64,000 nucleotides of DNA, from positions 44,518,001 to 44,582,000 of the forward strand of contig CM052817.1 in assembly GCA_028534125.1 (NCBI GenBank). Reading direction: 5' to 3'. Within the stretch, counting starts at the first letter, position 1; every line of letters starts with the position of its first letter. The position numbers and the translations under genes were made by a program. Positions 37,485 through 51,226 of the stretch are shown here, in pieces. The notes beneath the pieces were generated by a model. The model did not search any database. It had not been told where the DNA came from and was given only the letters and a program-made list of their open reading frames with translations. Origin of the DNA: Lama glama. Taxonomy: Eukaryota.

Positions 37485-37680
37485 GAATTTGAATTCTGAC
37501 TTTGGCATTCACTAGCTTTGTGATCCTGGGCCGATTCCTAAACTTCTCCAAACCTCAACTTTCTCTCCTCTGAAATGGGACTCATAAGAGAACCTATCTA
37601 ATGTGAGGACAGGATGTGATGTGATGATATGAGCAAAGCACTTAGCATAGTACCCAGTCCAGGGGAAGAGCTCAAATGTC
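37485..37680 (+). mobile_element. MIR SINE
   Basis: ttcactagctttgtgatcctgggc...ctgaaatggga...gtgaggac...aaagcacttagcatagtacc. Confidence 0.75.
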
Positions 37681-39254
37681 CCCTGATGGTGGTGGTACAG
37701 GCAGGACGGTTGCTCTCCCACATTTACCAGCACCTGAAGAGCACGTGACATGTCCCCATCAGCCTCTGTGGTCCAGCAGCCACTCCTGGGCAGAAGGACA
37801 GTGCAGTCTGCCCTCAAGTCTGGAAGTGACACCCTTCAGAATCAGTAATGCTTACTTGGGCACATGGGAAGTTCTTCATACTGGAATGTGCAGCAGCTCC
37901 CTCACATCTAGAAAAGACCCTTCATGCCATGCTGCCCCCCAAACCCTCCCCTCAGCCCCATCTTCTATTTCCTGCTGGCTCTACTGGAGATTTCTACCAC
38001 AAACCTGGAACACTTTCACAAGCATCTTCAACTTCTCATTCATTACCTGCCTAGCTTCTCTGGCAATCAGCTGTAGGAGGTTAGGCAGCCCACGTCTGAA
38101 GAAGCACTGATGATCTGATCTAGAAGCAGCGCTATGGAACCCACAGTGCACTGGGCCAGGAGGTGGGGGCTTAGCTTCCTTTTGGTTCTGCCAATGACCT
38201 GCTAAGTGACCTTGAACAAGTCACTCATGGTCTCTGGGCTGTAGTCCTCACTCTAATCCAGAATATCACTAGGTTTCTTCCCAGTACTAATATCTGTGTG
38301 AAGAGGGGGGAAAAGAATATTTTACATGAGTTTTTGAAGAACTATGGGGTTTTTCTTTTTTCTTTTCTCTATAAGCCAAGTAGCTCATCAACTTAGGCGT
38401 ATCCTGTTTTCTTCTGATGACCTTTTAAAAAACAAGTCCATGGGCAGGAGAGTTTTACATTACTCTGCTGATAAACTGCAGACCAAGATAGCCTCGATTT
38501 TAGAACACCAGACTATCACTGGTATTTTTCCTTAATGATCTGCACATGTCCTTGTAGGGTGCTTGTCTGTGGTTAGAGATGGGGGTGGTCTATGGAGAGA
38601 AAGCCTCCCACGATAATGAAGAAAATATGGTGTCCTTACTCATTTTCAATTTCTTTTTGTGTCTGTGCATAACACTTACACTGTCCTCTGGCACTGGGAA
38701 GGTAGACCTCTATTACGTAAGGTAGATTGGGATAGCTGTAGGGCACTTGCTTGCCAGGCCTTGTGTTTTTATGGAATGCTGCAGAAGCTCAAAGCACTTT
38801 CACAGAGTATGTTTTTTTAAATGAAAAGTCTGTCCTCAATACTCCCAGTAGGAATGAAAACAATTTTATGAATGGAGGAGACAGAAAAAGACTCGTGGCC
38901 TCTGGTCACTTTCTTTCCATAGAGCACCCACCCCCTTCTAGCATACTGTGTAATTTACGTACATATTGGGCTCCCTATTCATTTCCTCCACTCACAAGGG
39001 CGTCAACTCCGTGAGGACAGAGATGTGTCCCCAGAACCTAGAGCAATGACTGGCATATATTAGATGCTCAATGAATAAATTAAACTTTATAAAATCATGG
39101 AAACCATTCAGGTAGAATTATACCCTGTATATCTCACTTTTAGAAATCGCACTGTCATTAAAAAGAAGAGCCATTGTAGAAAAGATCACACTGGCAAGGA
39201 CCAAGGTGACGATGATGTGTAAGGCAAGAAAAGTAAACAAACATGTGGGTTCAT

Positions 39255-39500
39255 TTGGTGCAGCTATTATGGAAAACAGTATAGAGATTCCTCAAAAAAC
39301 TAAAGATAGACTTACCATATGACCCAGCAATCCCACTCCTGGGCATATATCCGGCGGGAATTCTAATTCGAAAAGATACATGCACCCCAATGTTCATAGC
39401 AGCACTATTTATAATAGTCAAGACATGGAAACAAACTAAATGTTCATCAACAGATGAATGGATAAAGAAGTTGTGGGGGGTGTGTGTGTGTATGTGTGTG

Positions 39501-39536
<36 letters not shown>

Positions 39537-40067
39537 TATATATATACACATACACACATACATACACATACACACACAATGGAACACTACTCAGTCATTA
39601 AAAAAGAATTTAATAATGCCATTTGCAGCAACATGGATGGATCTGGAGATCATCATTCTAAGTGAAGTAAACCAGAAAGAGAAAGAAAAATACCGTAAGA
39701 CATCACTTATATGTGGAATCTTAAAAAAAAAAAAAGACACACAAATGAAATTATCTACAAAACAGAAACAGATTCACAGACATAAAAAACAAACTTATGG
39801 TTACCAGGAGGTAAAGGAGTTGGGAAGGGATATATTGGGAGTTCGAGATTTGCAGATACTAACTACTATATACAAAATACATAAACAAGTTCGTATAGCA
39901 CAGGGAACTATATTCAACATCTTACAGTAATTTTCATCTATAATGAAAAAGAATATGAAAACGAATGTATGTATGTATGTGTATGACTAAAACATTATGC
40001 TGTAAACCAGAAATTGACACAACATTGTAAACTGATTATACTTAAATTAAAACATAGACAAAAAAAT
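39255..40067 (+). mobile_element. Truncated L1 (ORF2 end plus 3' UTR) with an internal compound microsatellite
   Basis: [29 protein letters not shown] and IMPFAATWMDLEIIILSEV. GT/TA/CA repeat at ~39480-39577. Flanks share tgtgggttca. Confidence 0.92.
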
Positions 40068-40999
40068 CCCTTTTGTGGGTTCAGAAGTTGTTTAGCCCAG
40101 CTCTGCAAATTCCCACAAAGAGGTTCCATGCTGAAAGAAAACTCAACAGTGAGCCTAGAGAGACACTTACTAAGCTCAGTTTCTCTTTTCTAGTCCATTT
40201 TCTTTTAATTTCATGGGAAGTTGTAGCTGGTGAAGTATTCCAAATGTGCCTGAAGGAGTCAGATCCTTGAGGGCACACCAAGGGAAGTGGAGATACAGCA
40301 GTGAGCCAAGCTCACTTTGTATTCAAGTGAACATTTTTTCATCCTGGATCTGACCACACATTGACATCAAGGTTGATGAGATAATGCCTTTAGGCCTCTT
40401 AATGTCATAAAAGACGTTAGTCAAGTCCAAAGTATTATTACACAGTACTTTTCCTGTATAATAATTGCAGGACATAAACCATTTATGATACAGAAATCAG
40501 AAAGCATATTTTCTCATTGCTAACACTACTGATGAAAATCATACATTTTCAATTTAAACTCTGTTGCCTCTAATCACAAAGACCAACAGACCTAAAGTAA
40601 TCATATCACTCCTGTTCTTTTTCTCTCTTTGAATTCTCTAATTCTTTGGGGAAACCAAGATGTTTCTTCACAAGAACGTTAGTGGCTAGAAGGTAGCACA
40701 CTGAGTTCAGCCATCTCTTCAAAGTCCCCACATGCCAGAGGGGGAACCCCAAGTTACCATTTAGTGCTAAGAATAATAGGAACTATGTTTGGGTTCACAT
40801 TTTAGCCTTGGGGACAAAAAGAAAACTGGAGAAAGAGCACTGTGGAACACAAATTACAGCATTATTAATGACATTTCAATCTCTAGGAAAATTATACAGC
40901 TAACATAAAAAATGAATAAGGTGTGAAGGTAACAACAAATACCAGTTACATTTAGAGACATATACGTCCTCATTTATAGACATATATGTCCTTAGTGTC

Positions 41000-41220
41000 T
41001 TAGCAGGGTGCTTACTCTGTATCAGGTAAGATATTAAGTGCTTTACATGTCTTGTTTTAACTCTTCCAACAGCTCTACTAGGGAGGTACTATTAGTATAC
41101 CCTCTTCACAGCTGAAGCATTAGGCATGGAGAGATTAAAAACTTGCCCAAGATCACAAAAGTAGCAAGTAGTGGTATGAACCCGGGCAGCCTGATTTCAA
41201 AGAATATGCTCTCCAACACT
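41000..41220 (-). mobile_element. MIR SINE
   Basis: aagtgctttacatg...gagagattaaaaacttgcccaagatcac. Confidence 0.8.
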
Positions 41221-41262
41221 ACTGTCAATGTTAGATTTGTTGTGACTTAGAAATGGGGTGTG

Positions 41263-41585
41263 TATACAGTTCAGAATGGCCATCATCAAAAAAATCTACA
41301 AATAATAAATCCTGGAGAGAGTGTGGAGAAAAGGGAACCCTCCTACACTGTTGGTGGGAGTGTAAATTGGTACAGCCATTATGGAAAACAGTATGGAGGT
41401 TCCTCAAAGAGCTAAAAATAGACTTACTATATGATCCAGCAATCCCACTCCTGGGCATATATCCAGAGAAAACTCTAGTTCAAAAAGATACATGCATCCC
41501 AATGCTCATAGCAGCACTATTTACAGCAGCCAAGACGTGGAAACAACCTAAATGTCCATCAACAGTTGACTAGATAAAGATGTGG

Positions 41586-41619
<34 letters not shown>

Positions 41620-42080
41620 GGAATACTATTTGGCCATAAAAAAGAATGAAATAATGGCATATGCAGCAACATGGATGGACCTAGAAATTATCACACTAAG
41701 TGGAGTAAGTCAGACAAAGACAAATATCATATGATATCACTTATATGTAGAATCTAAAAAAATGACACTAATGAACTTATTTACAAAACACAGACTCACA
41801 CAGCAAAAAACTTATGGTTACCAGGGAGGAAAGAGGCTAGGGGAGGGCTGTATTAGGAGTTTGAGATTAACATATATAAAATAGATAACCATCAAGGGTC
41901 TACTGTATAGCACAGGGAACTATATTCAATATCCTATAATAACCTAGAATGGAAAATAACCTGAAAAAGAATACATTTATATATATATCTGAATCACTTT
42001 GCTGTATTCCTGAAACGAATACAACATTGCAAATCAACCATACTTCAATTAAAAAATAAATATTTTTTTTTAAAAAAGAA
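41263..42080 (+). mobile_element. Truncated L1 (ORF2 Cys-rich C-terminus plus 3' UTR)
   Basis: ORF ...[51 protein letters not shown] agaaatggggtgtg (41249-41262) / agaaatgggatgtg (42081-42094) at a TT/AGAA site. Confidence 0.95.
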
Positions 42081-42454
42081 AGAAATGGGATGTGAATGGC
42101 ATGTACAATGTTGAGGAGTCTGGGGTATCTTTCCAGCTAGCAGATTTCTCCTTAGGGAGAACATGCCACACCGTCCCCAGCCACATATCAGCCGAGCAGA
42201 TCAGCTGAATGGCGCCAGCCAGCAGTAACGAGAGAGGCTGTCAAGCAATTAGCCTGATGATGATTTGGTATAATAAAGCCTGCCTCAAATCATAACTTAA
42301 ACAGGCTGTGTGGAGAACATTCTTCCTTTGGCTTTCCTAACCCTCTATCTTGTCTATGGTCAAAAGAGTCTGAAAAGCTAGGAAACCCATGTTCTTTGAA
42401 AAAAATGGTGACAGGAGACATACATGACAGGAGACAGCACATTATGTGGGATTT

Positions 42455-42760
42455 TCACTCAGTCAGCAAACATTTCACGAGTGCTTGCTACAGTAGGCGC
42501 TGGAGAGACCCAAGAGGGTAAGTGATTTCCTGCCCTGGTTTGATATTGGAAACCGTCAGCCGTTCCTCTACTGGAAAAGACAGTCTGGACAGTTGGTTGG
42601 ACATGAGAAAGACAACCTGGCAGCCAGTGTTTGAACTACTAGGCTGGCAGACTCGAATGCCCAACGAGCCAGGCAGGCAGGGTAGACCGCAAAGTGGCCG
42701 GTGTAAGGTCACAGGAAGCAGCGGAGCCTTAGAGCAAACTGGAGGGGGTACGCCTCACCT
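42455..42760 (-). mobile_element. L2 fragment
   Basis: tcactcagtcagcaaacatttcacgagtgcttgctac...ggcgctggaga. Confidence 0.55.
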
Positions 42761-44904
42761 GACATGGGTACAGATGGCTCCAAGCCATATGCTTGATTTT
42801 TCCAGAAGCCAGATTCTTGTGTAAAACTTCCAGATTTTTAATGAGGATTAAACAAAGGTCTGCAGCCAAATGTGAAATGTAGTTTTCAAATTCTGCCAAT
42901 CAAAGAACTTTATTAAATTCACCAAGTTGGCCTTTTAAAAATAAAATCGATTAGCTTTAACAGTGGATTTGGTATATGCAACCTTCAGATTCTTATGTAC
43001 ACCTTGTTCAAATCATTTTCAATTTTTTATTAAGGTGTAACATACAAGTGTGTACGGTGCACTAATCTTCCGTAAACAGCAAAAATAATATAGAATATTT
43101 CTAGCATCCATGTAAGGCTCCTTCCAGACTTTTCCAGACTATTCCAGACTTCTCACCCCCACTTTTGACCTCCATCATCAGTTAGCTTTGCCTGTTATTA
43201 CCTAGTTCAGATATTAATCACGAGAAATGGATACCAGATGTTGTTGCTTCAGGTCTGAGAGAAATAAAATTGGGTTTAAATAAGTAAAAGTACAAACGAA
43301 AAGAGTCACAGTAAACCCAGCGCCACTACGGAGCCACACACTTAGCCCAGGGCTTCTGCGAATTCTGATGCTTGTAACCTTCACATACCTATTCTTTCTG
43401 ATAACAATCATTTCCTGTGCAAATAACATATGCCAAGTATGTACCTGTCACTCTGCATAAAGTATCTAATTTAAGCACCACAAACCCCTCTGAGGTACAA
43501 ATTTAGATAAGATGTATTCCCACTGTACAGCTAAAGAGAACCAGACCAGTGGTGGTTAGATCTACACAGACAATACATGCAACATCTAGGTTCAAAGGAA
43601 GGGCTATGACACAGCCCAGGTACTTTTCCATTGGGCTACATGGCCTCCCCATAAAATGAGTAAATGGTGTGTTTTCTTAAGTCTTCCACAAGAATATGAT
43701 AAATTTCAGTTCTTAACCAGGAGCATAATAAACCTTATGGAATTTAGAATCTCACTAGAAATTCGTGCCTCACATTATAAGGATTGGTGGTGGTAGAAGA
43801 GGTATTAAGAGCTGATCTTTATTATCTAGCTACTTCTCTTTTAAAAACAACTTAATGGGTAAAAATGTATGTATATATTTAACATCAATTTTACCTATCT
43901 TCTTTACCTAATTTCCTGGGGCTTACTGTCTTGTATGAATATAGTTCTGAGACAGGAGGCAGATTTGGATGTTTAAAGTTTTTCTCTCCCCCAGGAAATT
44001 TATGCAGCATGGCAATGGGATTAGAACAGTGGTGGCTACAGACTTTCCTATAAGAGGGGCTCTCTGGTAGCAAGTGGATTGTGCAGGAGTTACAGGGAGC
44101 TCGTCTTGATGGTGGGCTCTGCATAGCAAGTTCACTGTTTTGACTTAGACCAGAGCCGTTTTCAAAAGATGCTTTCATTCATCCTTAAACAAGATTGAGA
44201 AAACATCAACTGTTTATAGTATAAGAATATTATCTTATTGGGTAGGCAACTAGTGCATATTATTGGGAGGTGGAGAGGGGGATTTAAAGCCCCACTGTCT
44301 GCCAATACCACCCCCGTGTTGCTGCCTCTAGGGAGGATGGGCTCACTCACCCGATGCCAAATGACTGGAAGAGCAGCAACAGCAAAGGGACCTAGAAGAC
44401 AGCCTATTCAAACCAAGGCACAGAGCTCTCCCGGTGGCTCATCCTTTCTGCAGATAGGGAGAAGCTGATGGCTTGCCAATACTTTTTACGTAGAATGATG
44501 TAAATCATTAGGAATTCATTCATGCCCAAGGCTTTTTAATCTGACATATGCAAAAATTCCAAGTACATATATATTACCTTTTACCTCAATAGCCACACTG
44601 AGACCAACTATCCTATTTGAATTCGAGTCAAATCTATTGGACCCGTTTCTTCTTACACTTAATATATTCATATATTCCTATACTTCTTATAGCTCAGAAA
44701 CGCAGTTGAGATCTGGTGAAATACCCAAGTTTACCAGGAGCATCTATTTCAAAAGTTAGACCTGAGCTCTGGCGTCCCGGATCACTTTGCTCGGATGACC
44801 AGTGAGTTAGCCATGCAACGTTTCTTCAAATCAATACCGGTTGCTTAAGAACTTAAGCCATTTTTTACTTACAACTTAATCTTTGCTATAGTCATCGAAT
44901 TTCT

Positions 44905-45310
44905 TTTTTTTTTAGTTCACTTTTTATTAAAATATTTTAATTGTGGTAAAATACACATAATGTAAAATTTACCATCTTAACCATTTTAAATGCACGGTTC
45001 AGTGGTATTAAGTACATTCACATTGTGCAGCCATCACCACCATCCATGTCCAGAACTCCTTTCATCTAATGAGACTGAAACTCTGTACCCATAAAACAAT
45101 AACTCCCCATTCCGCACCCACACCCCCACCCCGGGGCCTGGCAACCACCTTTCTACTTTACATATCTATGAATTTGACTGCTCTAGGTATCTTGCATAAA
45201 TGGAATCATACAGTATTTGTCTTTTTGTGACTGCCTTATTTCACTTAGTGTAGCATCCTCAAGATTCCTCAATGTATTATCTGTCAGAATTTCCTTTCTT
45301 TTTAAAGCGG
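44905..45310 (-). mobile_element. L1MB-type 3' end
   Basis: aattgtggtaaaatacacataatgtaaaatttaccatcttaaccatttt...ggcaaccacctttctacttt...aatggaatcatacagtatttg. Confidence 0.88.
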
Positions 45311-45460
45311 CAAATTCCTTTTCTTAACTATCAAATGTTTCAAGTTTATCTACCAAGTTAATCAATCAACTAGAATGAGGGGGCGTATTTGGTTTGTTTA
45401 ATGACTTTAGGCTTGGAAATAATAATGGGGGAATGAGATAATTTGCTAAAATCTTTACAG

Positions 45461-45622
45461 CTGTGGTTCTTCAGGGTGCATCAGAATCACCTGGAAGGCC
45501 TGATAAACCATCAATTACTAGGCCAAAACCCTAGAGTTTCTGATACAGTAGGTCCATAGGAGGGCCCCAGAATTTGCATTTATAGAAGGTGCTACCCAGT
45601 GATCGCACTTTTGAGAACCCTG
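45461..45622. mobile_element. MER5A DNA transposon
   Basis: gtggttcttcagggtgcatcagaatcacctggaagg...gagtttctgatacagtaggtc...ttgagaaccctg. Confidence 0.85.
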
Positions 45623-46539
45623 TAATCTACCCTGGGTTAAGCCTGGAGGAATCCAATTACCAAAGATTTCCCATCATACCAAGAAGATAACCTCCCACCT
45701 AAGACAGGGGGCTTGCAGTTAGAGAAGAAGGGAAGCATACAGCATAGTAAGAAATAGCAAGAAAGCCCAGAGTTCCCCATTCCAGGCTATGGTGGGAATG
45801 AGGGTAAGAAGGGTGGCAAGTCACACTGTCAGAACCAAGTTCTGGTTTTGCCTCTCTGGCCTCAGGGAGAGCAGGGCAAGCATGTGAGGTAAGTGAGGGG
45901 ACTGTCCAGGGTATCAGGGAATCTTGGCTCCATTGTTCTGCTGGAGACTCCAGGAGAAGGTCACTGTGCAGAGGGCCTGGCCCAGCTCAGTTTAGATGGA
46001 CATCAGGTGCCAGCCAGTCAACTTGGACGAGGCAACTGTGATGGAGTGAGACGATCCTGGGTTGGACCCCAGAGCCAGGGGTTGCTGGGATGGAGAAGTT
46101 GGCAGATGCTAAGGTGTCTGAGCTCATGATGCTGAGCAAAGGCTGAGTCAGTCAGTGGGAGGTTGCCAGGGGATCCCCAAGAGCATCGGTCAGGCCAACA
46201 CTGACCATGCTGCCGAATTCTGCAGTAGAGGCCAGCAGTGACAGGGAAGACCACAAACAGAGCCTAGGGACCAGGGGACAGTGTGTCTGAAGACCTGTAC
46301 TCACCCCTGCCCGAAAACTCAAGACAGTATTTTGGTGAAGCAGCTGGGCAGCGAAGACAAAAGATGACATTTGAGAAAGGGGGCATTTTGTGTTAGGGAC
46401 TGAGTCCCTTAAGGGACTATTCAAACGATCAGACAAGGCTAGCTTTTAACTTGGTTAGGACTAAAATTTGATTTGTTTCCTTGCTAAGCAGCAAGTGTGA
46501 GTTTGTGAGGAAGACCAGATAAAGTTTCAACAGAATAAA

Positions 46540-47254
46540 AGGGAACCCTCATATACTGCTGGTGGGGATGTAAATTGGTACAGCCACTATGGAAAACAGT
46601 GTGGAGGTTCCTTAAAAACCTAAAAATAGAACTACCATATGATCCAGCAATTCCACTCCTGGGTATATGTGTGGAAAACACGAAAACACTAATTCAAAAA
46701 GATACGTGCACCCCAATGTTCACAGCAGCACTATTTACAATGGCCAAGACTTAGAAGCAACTCAAACACCCATCAACACATAAATGGATTAAGATGATGT
46801 GACATACATATATTATTACTAGGCCACAAAAAAGAATGAAATTCTGCCATTTGCAGCAACTTGGATGGACACCAAGAATATTATGCTTAGTGAAGTAAGA
46901 AAGATAGAGAAAGACAAATACTGTATGATATCACTTAACATGTGGAATCTAAAAAATAATACAAACGAATGTATATACAAAACAGAAACAGACTCACAGA
47001 CAGAGAAAACAAACCTGTGGTTACCAAAGGGGAGAGGAGAGGGGAGGGGTAAATTAGGAATTTAGGATTAGTAGATACAAACTACTATATATAATAGATT
47101 AACAACAAGATCCTATTGTATAGTACAGGGAACTATATTCAATATATTATAATAGCCTATAATAGAAAATATTCTGCAAAAATACTGAATCACTATGCTA
47201 TACACCTGAAACTAGCACAATATTTTAAATCCACTATACTGCAATTTTAAAAAA
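46540..47254 (+). mobile_element. Truncated L1
   Basis: ORF2 end and 3' UTR. TSD aaagtttcaacagaataaa (46521-46539) / aaagtttagacagaataaa (47252-47270). Confidence 0.93.
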
Positions 47255-48630
47255 GTTTAGACAGAATAAAGAACCTGCATTTCCCCCTCTGTACTTCTAA
47301 GTTGTTACGTAACTAGGGACGTTAGATAAAATCAGGGATAAACTTTCAGTAAAAAATTATTTACTGTCTGAAATTCAGAAATAACTGGGCATCTGTATTT
47401 TGATATGCTCAGTCTGGCACCCTTCACGGGACCTACTGATGCACGTGTACATGTGGTGATGGAGTTATTAGAGGGCCCCTTCATTTCACTGCCTACTTCA
47501 GCCCACAAATCTCAGTCATTAACAGTCTTGTCACCATGTCAGTGGAGGGCCATTGACAGAGCTAAACTCCAATTTGCACATATTGGGTTTCAAGTTTGTG
47601 TTAATATTCCAGAAACAGTCGAGCAGTAGAGGAAACTAGCTCAGGATAAAACCCTACAAACAGTTCTACAAAGGGGCAAACCCATACCTGAAACACACTG
47701 ATCACTTCCTTTTCACCACATTCAAACGTGGCTATTCACATTCTAATTATCACAATACACCTTGCGGGTGATTTCCAAAATTGTGAAATGAGCCTTTTAA
47801 TTACACTGTCAAGATATCTGATGCATCTTCTAATCCTCGTCCCCAGCACCCATCATCACTGGCCACTAAGGCTCCCTGACGGTACTGGGAGGGGTCGTCC
47901 TGGGGGCTGTGTCAGCCACACAGGCTGGAAGGCCAATGTCAGCCTTATGAGGCTGAGGTCACCTTCAGCCCACAACTTGAAAGCTTCTAATGACAAGGCC
48001 CACCTATCCACAGAGAGCTGCAACCAATTTGTCAGGGAGATAACACCACTGGAAACACATTCCTTACTGGTGAGATACTGATAACCTGCAAAATCATTTT
48101 AAAAACGTGGATAATTGCTTTATCACTGCCATTTTATACTAGTGTAAGGTTGTATTGTTCTCAAAGGACTTCACCTATTCCTAGCCATGTCTCTGAAGCT
48201 TTGCAAGTCATCCCCCAGCAAGGTTCTTAAGGAACAAGAAAAGGAAAGGCAAGTTTGAATGCGGAGCCAGGAAAGAGACAGGTGTGGAGGAAGAATTCCT
48301 GAAAGAGGAAAGATGTGAGAGAGATGGGGTGGGGTGTGCAGAAAGCAGCGGGTACCGATGCGGAGAAGCCAGGAGGTTTCATATGGGTGCTGGCTAGGAC
48401 AGAGCACAAAGACAAACTGCCTCTTCTTCAGAAGTTGGATTAGTCCACCCTGCAATGGACAAAGGGTCTTCTAGGGCTACAGGTAAGTACTCGTAAGTCT
48501 AGACCTTAAACTCAATAGCATTTATTAAGCATCTACTATCTGGGAAAGAAGTGATTTCTCTTATAAAAATAATCAACGTTCCAACATCTCAGTATTAAAC
48601 AGGTATTTCAACCATTAAAAATTATAAAAT

Positions 48631-48728
48631 AGGGAAGGTATAGCTCAGAGGCAGAATACATGATTAGCATGCCCAAGGCCCTAGGTTTAATCCCCAGCAC
48701 CTCCACTAAAATAAGATAAAATAAATGA
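48631..48728 (+). mobile_element. tRNA-derived SINE, camelid type
   Basis: agggaaggtatagctcagaggcagaa...ccctaggtttaatccccagcacctcc followed by an A-rich tail. Confidence 0.85.
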
Positions 48729-48985
48729 TAGAACAAACTATGACTGATTTTTTGTTTTGTTTTGGGGAACAGTAGAAAATGATGAGCCTATATTCATACC
48801 GTAATAACCACAAAACCCGCTGTCTCTTCTCCCTTCTTACTGTGTTGTTTCTCCTATTTCTATTTTTATTGGCACATGAACTTGCTCTCATCAAAGGAGT
48901 TAGACAACATGGGAGGGTTAATTTATTTAAGAGAAGGTGAGTCAACATGGCTGGGAAAACGAAGGGCACCAGTGAGTTTTGTCTT

Positions 48986-49106
48986 TATTTGGTGGGGGGC
49001 AGGTAGGTAATCTATTTTACTTATTTATTTTTGGAGGAGATACCAGGGATTGAACCCAGGATCTTGTTCATGCTGAACACACTTGAGCTATACCCTTCCC
49101 CACCCC
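48986..49106 (-). mobile_element. tRNA-derived SINE, camelid type (small internal deletion)
   Basis: gggattgaacccaggatcttg...tgagctatacccttcccc. Flanks share tgtcttta. Confidence 0.85.
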
Positions 49107-49274
49107 AACTCTGTCTTTAAAGCAAAACAAATAAAAGCACTGATGGACCCAAATTGTGGTTTTCCAGGGGCTGAAGAACCCTTGCTGGGCTGGGTCGGGA
49201 TTTTGAGCAACCACAGAAAACCAACTCATCTCAACACCTACTGACTTAAAAACAAGCCTGGGCTTTTGCGTAAG

Positions 49275-49430
49275 ATAGACTGGAGTTCAAATCCACACTT
49301 AATAGATGTGTCCCCTTGGCCAGGCTGCCCTATTAAAAGTCTGTTTCCTCATCTGTAAAATAGAGTAATAATAATAATACCTATTTCCTGGAGTCGTGAG
49401 AATTAAATGAGAATGAATGCTTAGAACACC
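49275..49430 (+). mobile_element. MIR SINE
   Basis: tctgtttcctcatctgtaaaatagagtaataataataatacctatttc...gtgagaattaaatgaga. Confidence 0.85.
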
Positions 49431-51226
49431 TAGAGCTACAGGTGAGAGCTTACTAGAATTACTTCTCTAGAGGTGGCAGGCTAACTCATAATTGATTCCT
49501 AGAGGTAATATTCTACATTTGACCCCAAGTTATCCACTTCCTCAGAACCTACTACAAATCTTATGAATGCGAATGCCCGGAGGGCCAGTTCAATCACCTT
49601 GTGGATATTCAATGTTAAAAGCTCCCCTTTTACCCCTATCCTTAATTTTAGAACGTCAATCCCAAGAAACTGTCATTCTAATTCCACCCACATCATCTGC
49701 ATTTAGGGGACAGGTCTGGGGTGCCATGAACTGTCACACAAAAAGAGAAGACCTCTCACTATCGGAGGGCGGTTCCTAAGAAAATCAAAGACAAGTAAGC
49801 CTTTTCTGAACATTTTATCAAAAGGTCTCAAAGTTACATTAGCAACTGTACGATGCAAGCTTGCAAAGAGGGAGAACACAAGCTAGATTAAATAAAACAA
49901 AATAAAACCTTGGAGGTCTTGTATCCCTGAACCTGGGCTTATTTTTCTGTTTATTAGAATCTCGTGGAGTGACTCGGAGCTTCTGACCTCTGCCCAGACT
50001 TTGCGACAGTGATGGAAAAGGGGGTGAGGGATCCTGAAGCAAAGGTTGAAAGGGCCTTGAATCTAAACACCGCTGGCCTCGTGGGGCTGCAGCCGCAGGT
50101 CACGCTCCCCCAGATTTCCCACAGCCCAACACGGGCCCCCAGGCCTCATCAAGTCAGCGTGGTTGTTGTGAAGGTGTCAGATGAGAAACTGTGTAAACAG
50201 AGTGACAGGGAGGCCATTCCTGCTTCATGACCTGCACAGAAAGGTCTATTTTTAGAAACTGCTGCAAGCTGTTATGCCTGTGGAAAGAAGGCCAGCCCCA
50301 CACTGTTGCTATTTTTGAACATTTCAGTGCATTGGGGTTGTGGTTCTACAATGTTTGTGAAGGAGCTCAGGGAAGCTAAGAATCATCCCCAAACTCTATT
50401 TTAAGTTGAAAACCTGAATTTTGAATTTGACTTATACATCATGGCCAAGAAGAGACGTGGAGTGATTCTTTTATTTTGAGGAATAACCATGGAGTTGCTC
50501 AAATTGACACTGATCCCATCATGTGAGGTCCCACGTGGGTCAAAGAGACAAGGAAGGTCCACAGGAATGACCTCCCCAGCCGGAGGATGGCTCTGGTGCC
50601 TTCCTAGTGCTGCAGGCTGCCTGCCTCGGTGGGCACTGGAGCACTTGGCCAGTCTGCTGCAAAGCAGGCTCCCCCATGGAGAGACTGATGTAGGGAAGAG
50701 CACAGGGCTGTGCATGTTAAACACACACCACTGCTGATTGTGATGGACGTGTATCTAAAGTCTACATGTTGAGGAAAACCGTTGTATGAAGAAGAGAACA
50801 TGAAAAGTGAAAGATGCTGAAGAGGGAGGAGGGAGAATCATCAAATAAAACATGAACATACCAAATCATCAGTTCCTGCCACCAACGAGAAAGGACAAGC
50901 CACAAGAGGAAAGGAAAGAAGAGTACGGCCTTGGGGTGGCCACGGATGTCCTGACGCAGCCACCTCACCATAGCAAACCTGGCTTCTCTTCCTAATTCTG
51001 TGTTCCTGGTCCTGGGATCTGTGGCTGGACCTTCCACTTCAGGTGCTTCCACTTCCATAAAGCAGGCAGCAGCTTCTCCAGAACGACCTCTCAGGGATCA
51101 GGAAAGGGGCTTGGCCAGTGACCTCTGATCCCCTCCACCCCAATACTAAAGTTCTTTTACATCTATGGTCACCAGTGGGTCACCTTTTCCCATGGATTTT
51201 TTTCCCTTATGACAAATTTGATTTCT

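Noticed and set aside
37255..37680. Head-to-head inverted MIR pair as a potential hairpin
   Set aside because: The copies are too diverged for a credible long duplex.
41253..41573. ORF with clear protein similarity
   Set aside because: It is a LINE-1 ORF2 C-terminal remnant, not a host gene. The same applies to the ORFs at 13658, 19531, 23557, 26842, 39390, 46865, 51380 and 51798.
43122..43151. Three 10-bp units (ttccagact-n); similar short duplications at ~40955-40992, ~42409-42436 and ~61028-61048
   Set aside because: Ordinary slippage duplications with no spacers, so not CRISPR-like and no evidence of function.
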